Below are positions 10,520-21,110 of a stretch of DNA of 64,000 nucleotides, piece by piece (within the stretch, counting starts at the first letter, position 1; each line of letters opens with the position of its first letter). The notes under the pieces were generated by a model. The model worked only from the letters and a program-made list of their open reading frames with translations, had not been told where the DNA came from and did no database searches. The DNA comes from an uncultured Verrucomicrobiae bacterium (GTDB lineage Bacteria; Verrucomicrobiota; Verrucomicrobiia; Chthoniobacterales; Terrimicrobiaceae): the NCBI GenBank assembly GCA_963706955.1, contig CAVPOC010000011.1, forward strand, positions 1 through 64,000, given 5' to 3'. The translations under genes and the position numbers were made by a program.

Positions 10520-11811
10520 CGCCCTATTCTGCTTCCCCGAGCGAGAAAATACAGTCCAATGCCAAGGAGCAATGTCGCCAAGCCGGCGAATGCCTGCTCC
10601 GGCCGATCAAGTGCGGTATAGATCATCGCAAAAAGATTCAGAGCAAGAAATGCCACGGGAGTTACCGGATATCCAGGGCAGCGAAACGGCCTCGGTAGAG
10701 CCGGCTGGCGCCTGCGCAAGATAATCACACCGAGCACTGTCAGGAAACTGCATGCCAGAATGGAAAATTGCGCATACAGGAGCACCGCCTCGAACGTGGC
10801 GGTGACCAGCATCAATAGCACGAGCATGGTCTGAATGGCCATGGCGACCCGAGGAACTCCGCCTGGCGAGGTCCGGGCGAGAATTCTCAATGCCGAGAAA
10901 TCCTGACCCACCGTCTGAGCAACACGTGGTCCCGCCCACGTCATGGCGCTAATCGCAGAGATCAACCCTCCCCCGATCAGGCCAGCCATAATGCGCCCTC
11001 CTTGCTCGCCCAGTAAGTTCCGGGCGGCAATCTCCCCAACCTCGATTTTTCCCGCAAACTCTCCCATCGGTCCGCTCGCTAGAAAGACGGCATTCAGAGC
11101 GACGTATAAGATCATGACGATGATCGTGGCCAGAATCAGGGCGCCTGGCACGGTCCGTTGCGCATCGCGCACCTCCCCGATGATGTAGGCCGCAGCATTC
11201 CAGCCCGAGTACGAATAGAGGACGAACATCAGGGAAACCGCGAACGGTCCGCTGAGGATCAAGCCACTATCGCCGCCGTGCGGTGAAAACGTCCATGCCC
11301 CTCCACGTGCGATCCCAATGAGGATGAAAGTCACAATCAGGGCAACCTTCAAAGCAGTGATCAAGACTTGAAAATTACCGCTGGCGCGCACCGTCAACGA
11401 ATGGATCGCCGCCAGGAGCAGGACCGCCGCGATCGAGACTGGAATCGCTTGGAGACCGGGCAAAGCCGCAGCCAGATATTTTCCTAGGGCGAGGGCCGCG
11501 AGAGCAATCGGAGCGGAGAAACCGACGGCGACGGAAACGAAACCCGCCATAAAGCCGACGGCCGGATGGTAGATTTGCGAGAGAAAATGGTACTCGCCTC
11601 CCGAGCGGGGCAACGCTGCCGCCAGTTCGGCGTAGCTGAGAGCACCGCAAAGCGCAATCACACCGCCGAGCACCCAAAGAAGCAGGATCAAAAATGGAGA
11701 TGGGATCGCCGCAACCTGAAAGCCCAGGCTGGTGAACACGCCCGTGCCGATCATATTGGCCAACGCAAGCGCCGTGCACGTGATGAGGCCCACCTTACGG
11801 AAGCTGCCCAT
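10516..11811 (-). CDS. APC-superfamily amino acid permease
   Basis: Motifs MIGTGVF, YAELAAALPRSGGEY, YSYSGWN and RPFRCPGYP; about 12 TM segments. Confidence 0.92.
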   Translation of the reverse strand: MGSFRKVGLITCTALALANMIGTGVFTSLGFQVAAIPSPFLILLLWVLGGVIALCGALSYAELAAALPRSGGEYHFLSQIYHPAVGFMAGFVSVAVGFSAPIALAALALGKYLAAALPGLQAIPVSIAAVLLLAAIHSLTVRASGNFQVLITALKVALIVTFILIGIARGGAWTFSPHGGDSGLILSGPFAVSLMFVLYSYSGWNAAAYIIGEVRDAQRTVPGALILATIIVMILYVALNAVFLASGPMGEFAGKIEVGEIAARNLLGEQGGRIMAGLIGGGLISAISAMTWAGPRVAQTVGQDFSALRILARTSPGGVPRVAMAIQTMLVLLMLVTATFEAVLLYAQFSILACSFLTVLGVIILRRRQPALPRPFRCPGYPVTPVAFLALNLFAMIYTALDRPEQAFAGLATLLLGIGLYFLARGSRIGR

Positions 11812-11855
11812 AGTCTCAGAGTGTTCAGAACGAACCTCCGATCACAAGCCGGCAG

Positions 11856-12497
11856 TCACTCGAGATACTTTTTGAGGCGAGCTTTCAACTCTGCACGAGC
11901 CCGAAAGAGGATGCTCTTTACGGCCGGCACGCTGGTCTTCAACACCTCGGCAATTTCCTCATACGGCATGCTCTCGTATCGGCGGAGCACGATAGCTAAT
12001 CTCTGCGTTTCCGGAAGACTGGCAATCGCCGCGTCAATTGCCTCCTGCAACTCCGAATCGAGTATCTCTTCGCTTGGCGGCGCCGCCTGTTCATCGACGA
12101 ACTGGTGCCTGATCGTTTCCCCTTCATCGGCGTCCATGGAGACCTGCTGGGAGCGGCGCCTGCGGCGCAGTTCGTTGAAGACAAGATTGCGTGTAATGGT
12201 CATCAACCAGGTGGTAAACTTCGCCGAAGGCTGGTAGCGCGCGGCATGCTTCCAGACCCGCACAAAGACCTGCTGACCGATATCTTCGGCATCGGCGGCG
12301 CCTCCAAGCATCTTTGCCGCGGTCCCGACGACACTGTGCTGATGCCGTGTCACTAGCGTCTCAAATGCCTCAAGGTCACCATCCCTCACCCGAAGCATTA
12401 GAGTGATGTCACTCGCTTCGTCACTCTCCGCGAGGCTGGACTCTGGCTCTGGCTCATCCTGCGGCGAGGATGCGGCGCCTCCGGAAGGGAAGTTCAC
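11856..12497 (-). CDS. ECF-type RNA polymerase sigma-70 factor
   Basis: Region 2 AEDIGQQVF..FTTWL and region 4 YEEIAEVL..VKSILFRAR. Confidence 0.92.
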   Translation of the reverse strand: MNFPSGGAASSPQDEPEPESSLAESDEASDITLMLRVRDGDLEAFETLVTRHQHSVVGTAAKMLGGAADAEDIGQQVFVRVWKHAARYQPSAKFTTWLMTITRNLVFNELRRRRRSQQVSMDADEGETIRHQFVDEQAAPPSEEILDSELQEAIDAAIASLPETQRLAIVLRRYESMPYEEIAEVLKTSVPAVKSILFRARAELKARLKKYLE

Positions 12498-12579
12498 CCC
12501 GCATTAAACCACGAAAGTCCCCGGAAGGCTCAGAAAATCGACTTGCGAAAACTTCGAGCGACGATTTGCTGGACTCCGC

Positions 12580-13725
12580 ATGCATCAGCCCGTGGTCGCC
12601 AGCTATTGCAATACTTTCCTGAAGCGGGAGATGCAGCACATCTACAGGCAAGTCACTGGATTGCGTGAATTTCGAACCTTCATCATGACCAAGTTTCGGG
12701 AAAACGCCGACGCATTCCCATTTCCGAACATCGAAGTTCTCCCTCGTCCGCGGATCAACTTTCTTTTGCGGTTTCAGAGAAAGTACCTCCAACGGATGGA
12801 GCCGGTCTTCTATCGCGGAGAGTATGATCAACTCGAAGGGGTCTTGACGCGTCGCAACGCTCAGCTCCTCCACGTCTACTTCGGTCACACAGGTGTCCAC
12901 CTCCTTCCGTTCATGCGCAACTGGTCCCGACCCTCGCTGGTTTCTTTTCATGGCATGGACATCATGCTGCGAAACGAAGAGCCGGGGTACAACCATCGGT
13001 TGCGGACGCTCCTGGCAACGCTGCCGCTTGTGCTGGCCCGCAGTGAGTCGCTTGGCTCTCGTCTGATGGAGCTTGGCTGCGACGCTTCCAAAATCCGCAT
13101 CAATCGGACCGGCGTGCCGATGGGCGGATTCCCATACCTCGTTCATTCTCCACCGGCCGACGGTGCCTGGTGCCTCATCCAGGCCTCGCGCTTCATTGAA
13201 AAGAAGGGCCTCGATATCACCCTGAAGGCTTTCGCCGAATTTCGGAAGAAGTATCCGAATTCGGAATTGATTCTTGCAGGGGAGGGACCTCTGGAAGGCC
13301 AACTCAAGGACCTTGCCCGCACTTTGGGCGTCGAAGGTTCGGTGCGCTATCCCGGTTTCTTAAATCAAAAGCAGCTCGCCGCCACTTTCAGGTCCGCCCA
13401 CCTCTTTCTGCATCCCAGTCAGACAACGACGGCGGGCGACCAGGAAGGCGTTCCCAATTCCATGCTCGAGGCGATGGCGAGCGGTCTCCCCGTCGTCGCG
13501 ACGCTGCATGGCGGAATCCCGGAAGCGGTTCACTCCGGCTTTGATGGCCTGCTCGTGCCGGAGCGCGATTGCCCCGCGCTGGCTAATGCCCTCCTGGAAA
13601 TTGCCGAGGATTCCGCCACTTACGAAACATTTTCGCGGAACGCCGCGGAGTCGGTGCGGGAAAACTTCGAACAGGGCCGCTCGATCGCACGCCTGGAAGG
13701 CTTTTATCGCGAACTGGTCAACTGA
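12580..13725 (+). CDS. GT4 glycosyltransferase (WcaL-like)
   Basis: Motifs SRFIEKKG, DQEGVPNSMLEAMASG and HGGIPE. Confidence 0.9.
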   Translation: MHQPVVASYCNTFLKREMQHIYRQVTGLREFRTFIMTKFRENADAFPFPNIEVLPRPRINFLLRFQRKYLQRMEPVFYRGEYDQLEGVLTRRNAQLLHVYFGHTGVHLLPFMRNWSRPSLVSFHGMDIMLRNEEPGYNHRLRTLLATLPLVLARSESLGSRLMELGCDASKIRINRTGVPMGGFPYLVHSPPADGAWCLIQASRFIEKKGLDITLKAFAEFRKKYPNSELILAGEGPLEGQLKDLARTLGVEGSVRYPGFLNQKQLAATFRSAHLFLHPSQTTTAGDQEGVPNSMLEAMASGLPVVATLHGGIPEAVHSGFDGLLVPERDCPALANALLEIAEDSATYETFSRNAAESVRENFEQGRSIARLEGFYRELVN

Positions 13726-14299
13726 GCCGCTCGAAAACGAGTCCGAAGGTGGGACGGGAGACGGCCCCAAACTTGAGCTGAAATTCCGTGGGCGGGTAAT
13801 CATGCGGCTCGCTCTCGATTCGTCGATAGCGGGCGATGCTGGTCGCGTGCAATTCCATGGCGCGCGCATAATCAGGATCGTCGGTCACCAGGCGAAGCCT
13901 CCCCCTCGTCTTGAGCAGGCGCGCGACCTCGACCAAAAAGTCGTGGTCAACCATCCGACGGTTCTTGTGCCGCCTCTTGGGCCAGGGGTCCGGAAAGAGC
14001 ACGTGCACGCAATCAGCGCACGCATCCGGCAAACTGTTCAGCACTTCGCGGGCTTCGCCATGGAATACTTTGGCGTTGTTCAGAGCCTCCAGCGTGATCT
14101 TTTTCTTGGCCTTGAGGACGCGGTCACGCTGCCGCTCGACGCCGAGGAAGTTTGCCAAGGGAAAGCGCCGCGCCATCTCGACGAGAAATCTCCCCTTGTG
14201 ACAGCCTATATCGATCTCGAGCGGTGGGGACGTCTCTCCCTGCCAGCCAAACGGAAGTGAATCAGGCGGCGCTTCTGCGGAAGAAGGCGTGGATGACAT
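13718..14299 (-). CDS. trmB: tRNA (guanine-N7)-methyltransferase
   Basis: Motifs DIGCHKG, FPDPWPKRRH and TEFQ. Confidence 0.9.
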   Translation of the reverse strand: MSSTPSSAEAPPDSLPFGWQGETSPPLEIDIGCHKGRFLVEMARRFPLANFLGVERQRDRVLKAKKKITLEALNNAKVFHGEAREVLNSLPDACADCVHVLFPDPWPKRRHKNRRMVDHDFLVEVARLLKTRGRLRLVTDDPDYARAMELHATSIARYRRIESEPHDYPPTEFQLKFGAVSRPTFGLVFERLS

Positions 14300-15515
14300 C
14301 CGTTCGGCGCGTGGAAAAAACCCCATAGTCGGTGAGAATTCTACACAATGACGCTGAAGTCTTGTCTGTGTTGAAGAGCTCACGGCAGCGCACGCGGCCT
14401 TTTAGTCCCATGGTGCGCGCGAGGTCCGGATTGTCCAGGAGGCAAGCCATTCTTCGCGCCAGCGCCGCGGAATCCTTTTCGGGCACGACGAATCCAGTCT
14501 CACCATCCACGACCATCTCGGAAACTGCCGCCACGTTAGTTGAAATTACCGGCAGCCCGGCCGCCATGGCCTCCATAATCACCGTGGGAAGATTATCCAT
14601 GGCTCCATCCTCCGCGCGTGCACAAGCCAGCACGAACATTCGCGAGCGTCCGAGCAGTCGTTTGATCTCACCCTCGGGCTTTGGACCCGTGATCTGCACT
14701 CGGTCTTGGATCCCAAGTAATGCGGCCTGCTCCTTCAAACTTACCTCAAGGGGACCGTTTCCGACGATCTGGCATTCGAAATCTCGCAGCTCAAGCCGTG
14801 AGCAAGCCTCCACCAGCGTACAGAATCCCTTCTTGGGAATGTAACGTCCGACGCTGACGATTAGCGGACGTCCAACCGGCTGGGAGCTCACCGGAAAGCG
14901 ATCTGGCTCGATGCCATTAAATACCCGATGAAATTTCTCGCGCTCGGAGGGGAATTTCTCGCGCAGATAGGCGAGGCTGAACTCGCTGACGGTGATCACC
15001 GCGGTCGCCGAGCGGAAGATTTGATCCAACCGTTCGCGCGGGTCGTCGCGAAAAATGTCATTGGCGTGCGCGGTGACGCTGTATTCGACCCCGAAGAGCC
15101 TCTTCAGCCAGAACGCCGTTCGTGCCGCGCTTCCGGCAAAGTGCACGTGCACGTGACGAATGCCAGCGTCGCGGAGCATCGGGCCGAGCCAAAGCGCTTC
15201 ATAAATTCGGCGCTTCTGGTCCTCACATCCCCAAAGGACTCGAAGACTTTCCAGAGCTTTCCGAGCCGACCGGCGAAAGCCCGTGTCGGTGGCCAAGATG
15301 GTGTCAAACTTCTCCGGAAGGAAATAGATCGGCCCAATATCTATGAAGCAATCCTGAACCGGCTCGCCTGCAGGCTTGTGAATGGAAAATACGGGAAATT
15401 CAAGCCCCCGGCCGTGCATCGACTCAACTTCACGGACACAAAAGGTCTGGCTGAAAGAGGGAAACCGCTCGAAAAGGTACGCAAAACCGAGCGGAGCGGA
15501 GATGGTTGACGGCAT
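14262..15515 (-). CDS. GT4 glycosyltransferase (WcaL-like)
   Basis: Motifs FPSFSQTF, HVHF, TAHANDI, GRYIPKKG and MEAMAAG. Confidence 0.9.
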   Translation of the reverse strand: MPSTISAPLGFAYLFERFPSFSQTFCVREVESMHGRGLEFPVFSIHKPAGEPVQDCFIDIGPIYFLPEKFDTILATDTGFRRSARKALESLRVLWGCEDQKRRIYEALWLGPMLRDAGIRHVHVHFAGSAARTAFWLKRLFGVEYSVTAHANDIFRDDPRERLDQIFRSATAVITVSEFSLAYLREKFPSEREKFHRVFNGIEPDRFPVSSQPVGRPLIVSVGRYIPKKGFCTLVEACSRLELRDFECQIVGNGPLEVSLKEQAALLGIQDRVQITGPKPEGEIKRLLGRSRMFVLACARAEDGAMDNLPTVIMEAMAAGLPVISTNVAAVSEMVVDGETGFVVPEKDSAALARRMACLLDNPDLARTMGLKGRVRCRELFNTDKTSASLCRILTDYGVFSTRRTDVIHAFFRRSAA

Positions 15516-15523
15516 AAATGCGA

Positions 15524-16801
15524 TTACGCCGCGTCCTTATCCTGTCGTTTACGAACAAGCGGTGTCCGTTTTCCTTCAACCACCGCGCGATTGATCGTGA
15601 TCTCGGCAATGTCGTCACGACCCGGAGAATCGAACATCACATCGAGCATGATGCGCTCGAGCAAGGCGCGCAATGCACGCGCACCCGTCCCCTTGCGAAC
15701 GGCTTCGATGGCGAGCGCCCGCAAGGCATCCTTGGTAAAGGTCAGCCCGACACCGTCCATCGCCATGAGCTTGGCATATTGCTTCACCATGGCGTTTTTC
15801 GGGTCGGTCAAAATCATGAGCAACTCGTCCTCGGATAACGCGTCCAGGGTGCTGACAACAGGCAACCGCCCGATAAACTCCGGGATCAATCCAAAGGAAA
15901 GCAAATCCTCCGGTTCGACGGAGTGAATCGCCTCCCGCGCGACCACATCGGGATTCCGAACATCACGGGTATGGAAGCCCATCGTCGTTCCGCCAAGGCG
16001 GCGCTGCACGATCTTCTCCAGACCGACGAAAGCTCCACCACAAATGAAAAGAATCTTCTCGGTATTAACCTGGATATATTCCTGATGCGGATGTTTGCGG
16101 CCGCCTTGCGGAGGCACATTGCAGACCGTTCCTTCAAGAATTTTCAAGAGCGCTTGCTGCACACCCTCACCGGAAACGTCGCGTGTAATGCTGACATTCT
16201 CCGTCTTGCGTCCGATCTTGTCGATTTCGTCAATGTAGACGATGCCCATTTCGGTGCGCTTAACGTCGTAGTCGGCATTTTGAAGAAGACGCAGCACAAT
16301 GTTTTCAACATCCTCGCCGACGTAGCCCGCTTCGGTGATCGTAGTGGCATCGGCGATACAAAATGGAACATCCAAAATCCGCGCGAGTGTTCGTGCCAGG
16401 AGTGTCTTGCCCGAACCGGTCGGACCGATCATCAGGATGTTGCTCTTCTCAATTTCAATCTCGGCGAGAGGGCCTAGCTGGTGGACGGCTCCGTCGAAGG
16501 TCGCGCCATCCTGCAGGATCCGCTTGTAGTGGTTATGAACGGCGACCGCCAAGACCTTCTTGGCTTTCAGCTGCCCGATGACGTGCTGATCGAGCTCACG
16601 CATGATTTCAGCGGGCTTAGGCACGCGAATGCTCGTCTTTTGTTTTCTTGCCTCATCGTTGAGTTCCTTGTCGAGGATCCCTTTGCAAACGGTGATGCAG
16701 CTGTCGCAGATGTAGACGCCTGGCCCGGCGATGAGTTTGCGCACCTCCGCATGGCTTTTGCCACAGAAGGAACACATCGTTAGATTGCTCGCTCGGGCCA
16801 T
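15524..16801 (-). CDS. clpX: ClpX ATPase
   Basis: Zinc finger [24 protein letters not shown] and RDVSGEGVQ. Confidence 0.97.
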   Translation of the reverse strand: MARASNLTMCSFCGKSHAEVRKLIAGPGVYICDSCITVCKGILDKELNDEARKQKTSIRVPKPAEIMRELDQHVIGQLKAKKVLAVAVHNHYKRILQDGATFDGAVHQLGPLAEIEIEKSNILMIGPTGSGKTLLARTLARILDVPFCIADATTITEAGYVGEDVENIVLRLLQNADYDVKRTEMGIVYIDEIDKIGRKTENVSITRDVSGEGVQQALLKILEGTVCNVPPQGGRKHPHQEYIQVNTEKILFICGGAFVGLEKIVQRRLGGTTMGFHTRDVRNPDVVAREAIHSVEPEDLLSFGLIPEFIGRLPVVSTLDALSEDELLMILTDPKNAMVKQYAKLMAMDGVGLTFTKDALRALAIEAVRKGTGARALRALLERIMLDVMFDSPGRDDIAEITINRAVVEGKRTPLVRKRQDKDAA

Positions 16802-16810
16802 GGAATTAAA

Positions 16811-17440
16811 TTACTCCGAAGCCTTCTCGACGGGAAGCTCTTTAATCTCCTTGCGCGACTTGACCACCTCATCGACCAACCCGTAATCCTTGGCTTCCTC
16901 CGCGCTCATGTAGTAGTCGCGATCGGCATCCTTGGTCACTTGCTCGACCGACTTGCCGGTGTGAATGGATAGAATGGAGTTCAACCGCTTCTTAAGCTTG
17001 AACATAAACTCGACCTGGCGCTCGACGTCGCTGGCTTGGCCCTGGGCGCCGCCGGACACCTGGTGAATCATGATGTCTGAGTTGGGAAGCGCATACCGTT
17101 TGCCTTTTGTCCCCGCGCAAAGCAACACCGCCGCCATGCTCGCCGCAATGCCCATGCAGTAGGTATTCACATCGCAAGTGACGAACTGCATCGTATCGTA
17201 AACCGCCAGCCCAGCCGTCACGGAACCGCCTGGCGAGTTGATGTAAATGTTGATGTCCTTTTTGGCATCTTCCATCTGCAGAAAGAGCATCTGCGCTACG
17301 ACGAGGTTGGCCACATGGTCGTCAATCGGCGTGCCAATAAAAACAATGCGATCTTTCAGCAGCCGGGAATAGATGTCGAAAGCACGCTCTCCGCGGTTTG
17401 TCTGCTCGACAACGGTGGGAACTAAATACGAATTCTTCAT
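16811..17440 (-). CDS. clpP: ClpP protease subunit
   Basis: Motifs DIYSRLL, INSPGG, AASM and MIHQ. Confidence 0.97.
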   Translation of the reverse strand: MKNSYLVPTVVEQTNRGERAFDIYSRLLKDRIVFIGTPIDDHVANLVVAQMLFLQMEDAKKDINIYINSPGGSVTAGLAVYDTMQFVTCDVNTYCMGIAASMAAVLLCAGTKGKRYALPNSDIMIHQVSGGAQGQASDVERQVEFMFKLKKRLNSILSIHTGKSVEQVTKDADRDYYMSAEEAKDYGLVDEVVKSRKEIKELPVEKASE

Positions 17441-17445
17441 AAGAC

Positions 17446-18773
17446 TTATGCAATGGCTGGCTGGCTGGCAGATGCGCGCAGCCTAACATTCGCAGCGAGC
17501 AAATCAAGGGCCTTACCGATGAGGATCTGCTCACGCAAGGCGCCAAATCCCTTGCGACGCTCAAGATCTTTGACGAGTTTCGCCGCCGGGATTTCATAAC
17601 GAGCCGCCAATTCCAAAACTCGCCGGGTCAAATCCTCCTCGGTCACCTCCAGCTTCTCCTTCTCCGCGACCCGGAGCAACAGAAAGTTGCCCCGCACCCG
17701 ATCCCGCGCGCCCTGCTGAGCGGCCCCAATAAGCTCGTCTTGATGCTTGCGCATCTCATCATCGCTGACTCCGCGAACCTGATTGTCTCGCACGATGTCC
17801 TGCAGAATCTCCCCCGCTTCTTTCGCCACCACCGGCGCGGGCAGCTCACAATCAACCCGCTCCAGAAGGAATCTCACGGCAGCTTGCCTCTTCGCATTGT
17901 GAAAATTCGCCTCGGCAAGACTTTCCAGCCGCATACGCATCTTCTGCTGCAACTGATCGACCGTAGCGCCTGGCTCGATCTTGTCGGCAAGCGCGTCATC
18001 CATTTCGGGAAGGACCTTCGTGTTGATCGCGTGGAGGGTCACCGCGTAGTCAAGTCTCTTTCCGGCAAGACTTGCAGGAGTAAAGTCCGCGGGCAATTCG
18101 ATTGAGTGGTCCTTTCTCCATTTACCTCCATTCCCACGATGGACCGTGCGAAGCCCGGCAGAAGCGAGTGCTCGTCCATCACGATCCAGGCGTTGCGTCG
18201 TCCTTGCAGCTGGGCCGGGGCATCGGTTACGACCTCGCCGAGCGGCTTGCCTTCAAGGGTTGCCGCATAAGTGACTACAGCATAGTCGCCCAGCGCCAGA
18301 GGACGCCCTTCAACCGGTAGATAGCTTGCGTGGGGTTCACGCATTTGATCCATCCACCGCTGAACGCTCTCGTCGCTGACTTCTTCTTTGGCAAGATCGG
18401 CCGGAATTGCGGAATAATCTGGTAACTCGAATTCCGGCGCAGTGACAACTGTCGCCCGGTAGCGCATCGTCCGGTCCTCAGCAATTTCGACGTTCTCGAC
18501 CTGCGAGACCGAAAGCACACGCAGATTTTTTTCGCGAATCGCTTCGTTAAGGCTCTCCCGCAGGAGCTTGGAGGTTAGTTCTTCTTTGATGTCCTTCGCA
18601 TAGCGGCTCTCCACCAGCGCTCGTGGCGCCTTCCCGGGTCGGTAACCTGGAATGCGTGCTTGCCGTTGAAAGTCGCGGGCCACGTTCGTCCACTCCCTGG
18701 AAACCTGATCGGCCGGTAGTTCGACTTGCAGGGTGACGAGGCAATTCGGTTGGGATTCAACAACGACGTTCAT
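17446..18773 (-). CDS. tig: Trigger factor with one frameshift near 18100-18110 (probably a sequencing error)
   Basis: N-terminal half (PGYRPGKAP) from ATG 18773 and C-terminal half in ORF 17446-18096; adding one base joins ..GERT.. to ..IELPADF; canonical tig-clpP-clpX order. Confidence 0.9.
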
Positions 18774-18982
18774 GAGCAAACGAAGCAGATAAGCACACCC
18801 AATATAGATACACAACCGGTGAAATTCCTTGCACGAAGGCAACTTTCGCCGCATCGCGACACCGAAATGTCGAGGGATGAGCCGCAAAGGGAGCTTGCTG
18901 CCGGCCGCCAGGCAGCCGCGCGCGCCTGGCGCCCCGCTTCTGGCGTTCCCTCTTCGCGCCCATAACAGCAACAATCATTACG

Positions 18983-21091
18983 TTGCGTCAAATGAACGTC
19001 TCGGTATCGTGCGCCACGGTGATTCGCTTTTTCGTCTATGGACTTCCCACTTTGCTGGTGGCGCTAATCGCGGCGGCCTTCGTCAACGTCTCGCTGTTGT
19101 CCGCGAATAAGAAAAACGAAATGTCTATCGGGACTCTCGGCGAACCTTCCACCTTGAACCCAATCCAACAGGCCGACGCTGCCGCGGGGGAAGTCCAGGC
19201 GGTCATCTTCAACGGGCTGCTCAAGTATGATCAAAATCTGGAAATTACCACCGACCTGGCGAAGTCGTTTTCACTAAGCCAGACAACCACCATCTTCTTT
19301 CCCGATCCGAACGCGGCCTTGACAGCTCTTCTGAACCTCGAGACCCAGCATTCCCGCTGGAAAGAGTGGAAGCTGAACGCCGTGCGCATCGAGGAGAACA
19401 GGCTCGTTCTTGAACTCGCCGAGCCAGGTATGGAAAACTCGCACCAGATCGTTTCCGCTTTGCAACCGCTGCCAACCGTGCCGTTGCACGTGATCCGGGT
19501 TGACCTGCAAGATAAAGCGAAGGAAACGCTCGAAGCGTTCTCAGCGACGGCGGAGGGGTCTCAGGTTGTGCGACAGTGGACCGAATCGGCATCCGCCTTT
19601 GAAATCACCGTCCCTGGCAACGTCGAAGAGTTCCTCAAGAAGGTAGAGGGGTTCCTTGCCGCGAAACCGGAGCTCAATGCCCGCGCCCAAATCGTGGAGA
19701 CCTTGCCCTTCCTCGCCGAGCCAGTCGTCCTGTTTTCGCTGCGCGACGATGTTCGTTGGCACGACGGCGAGCCCTTCACTTCGAAAGATGTCGTTTTCAC
19801 CTATCGAGCGATCATGGACGATGCGACGGCCTCTCCCCGTAAGCCGGACTTCCTCTACATTCTGCGCATCGAAACTCCTGACGCTCACACCGTCCGGGTC
19901 GTCTATCGGAAGCCCTACTCACCCGCGCTCAGCAGCTGGATGATCGGAATGCTCCCCGCGCACCTTCTCGATGGGAAACCACAGGAATGGTGGGCCAACA
20001 ATTTCAATCGCCATCCCGTGGGGACTGGTCCCTTCCGTTTCGATGCGTGGAAGACGAATGAATATGTTCGCGTGGTGCGAAATCCGGATTACTTCGACGC
20101 TCCGGGGCCGTGGCTGGACTCCATCGTGTTTCGCGTCCTTCCCGATCAACTTTCTCTTCGGCTCGCTTTCGAGACCAGACAGGTTGATTTCTGGGCGGTC
20201 GATCCCTGGGCCGTGGGTCACTTCCAGGAAGACAAACGATTCGACCTTTTTTCGACTCCAAGCAGTTCTTACACCTACGTCGGATGGAACTTGCGGCGCC
20301 CGATCTTCCAGGACGAACGGGTTCGGCAGGCGTTGGCCCACGCCGTCAATGTTCCTGAAATGGTCAAATATATTCTTTATGGCCATGGCGAGCAGAGCAC
20401 AGGGATTTTCACGCCGAAGATGTGGTTCTTTGATCCGAGCATCCAACCGTTCGCCTACGACCCGGAAAAGGCCCGCCAACTTCTCGCCGAGGCGGGCTGG
20501 AAGCCGGGCAAAGATGGCATCCTCGAGAAGGACGGCGAGCGCTTCGCTTTTACCCTCATCACCAACAACGGAAATGAAATCCGACGTGACATCGCCACGC
20601 TGGTTCAGGACGACCTCAAGAAGCTTGGCATCGAAGTGAAGATCGAGCTCTATGAATGGGCCGTCTTTCTGAAGAACTTCATCAACAAGGGAAGCTTCGA
20701 CGCCATGGTGCTCGGATGGGCTCTCGGACCGGACTACGACCAGTACCAGATCTGGCACTCCTCGCAAAGCAATCCCGAACAACTCAACGTCGTCAATTAC
20801 CGGAACCCGACTGTCGACAAGCTCCTTGTTGAGATTCGCCAGGAATACAACCGAGGCAAAATCATCGATCTCGCCGGGAAGTTGCAAGGAACCATCTATC
20901 AGGATCAACCCTATCTTTTCCTCTACGTTCCGCAGGGCACGTCAGTCATGTGGAAGGACAGCTATCGGATTCGGCGCCCGGACGGCCAAGGTGGCTGGGT
21001 CACTACGCCGGTGGAAATGACCAAAGCCGGCTGGGGCTACTACATGGACTGGTTTTACCGACCGGAGTTCGCGTCACTACTGCCAAAATGA
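18983..21091 (+). CDS. Peptide/nickel ABC substrate-binding protein (family 5) with a large insertion
   Basis: Motifs LRDDVRWHDG, PVGTGPF and VRQAL; N-terminal TM anchor. Confidence 0.9.
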   Translation: MRQMNVSVSCATVIRFFVYGLPTLLVALIAAAFVNVSLLSANKKNEMSIGTLGEPSTLNPIQQADAAAGEVQAVIFNGLLKYDQNLEITTDLAKSFSLSQTTTIFFPDPNAALTALLNLETQHSRWKEWKLNAVRIEENRLVLELAEPGMENSHQIVSALQPLPTVPLHVIRVDLQDKAKETLEAFSATAEGSQVVRQWTESASAFEITVPGNVEEFLKKVEGFLAAKPELNARAQIVETLPFLAEPVVLFSLRDDVRWHDGEPFTSKDVVFTYRAIMDDATASPRKPDFLYILRIETPDAHTVRVVYRKPYSPALSSWMIGMLPAHLLDGKPQEWWANNFNRHPVGTGPFRFDAWKTNEYVRVVRNPDYFDAPGPWLDSIVFRVLPDQLSLRLAFETRQVDFWAVDPWAVGHFQEDKRFDLFSTPSSSYTYVGWNLRRPIFQDERVRQALAHAVNVPEMVKYILYGHGEQSTGIFTPKMWFFDPSIQPFAYDPEKARQLLAEAGWKPGKDGILEKDGERFAFTLITNNGNEIRRDIATLVQDDLKKLGIEVKIELYEWAVFLKNFINKGSFDAMVLGWALGPDYDQYQIWHSSQSNPEQLNVVNYRNPTVDKLLVEIRQEYNRGKIIDLAGKLQGTIYQDQPYLFLYVPQGTSVMWKDSYRIRRPDGQGGWVTTPVEMTKAGWGYYMDWFYRPEFASLLPK

Positions 21092-21110
21092 GCACGGCTC
21101 GTTCCCTCTC

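Noticed and set aside
18095..18115. Programmed frameshift in tig
   Set aside because: No slippery heptamer is visible and I know of no precedent; a single-base error is simpler.
18774..18982. tRNA commonly found upstream of tig
   Set aside because: No cloverleaf or T-loop motif was recognisable.
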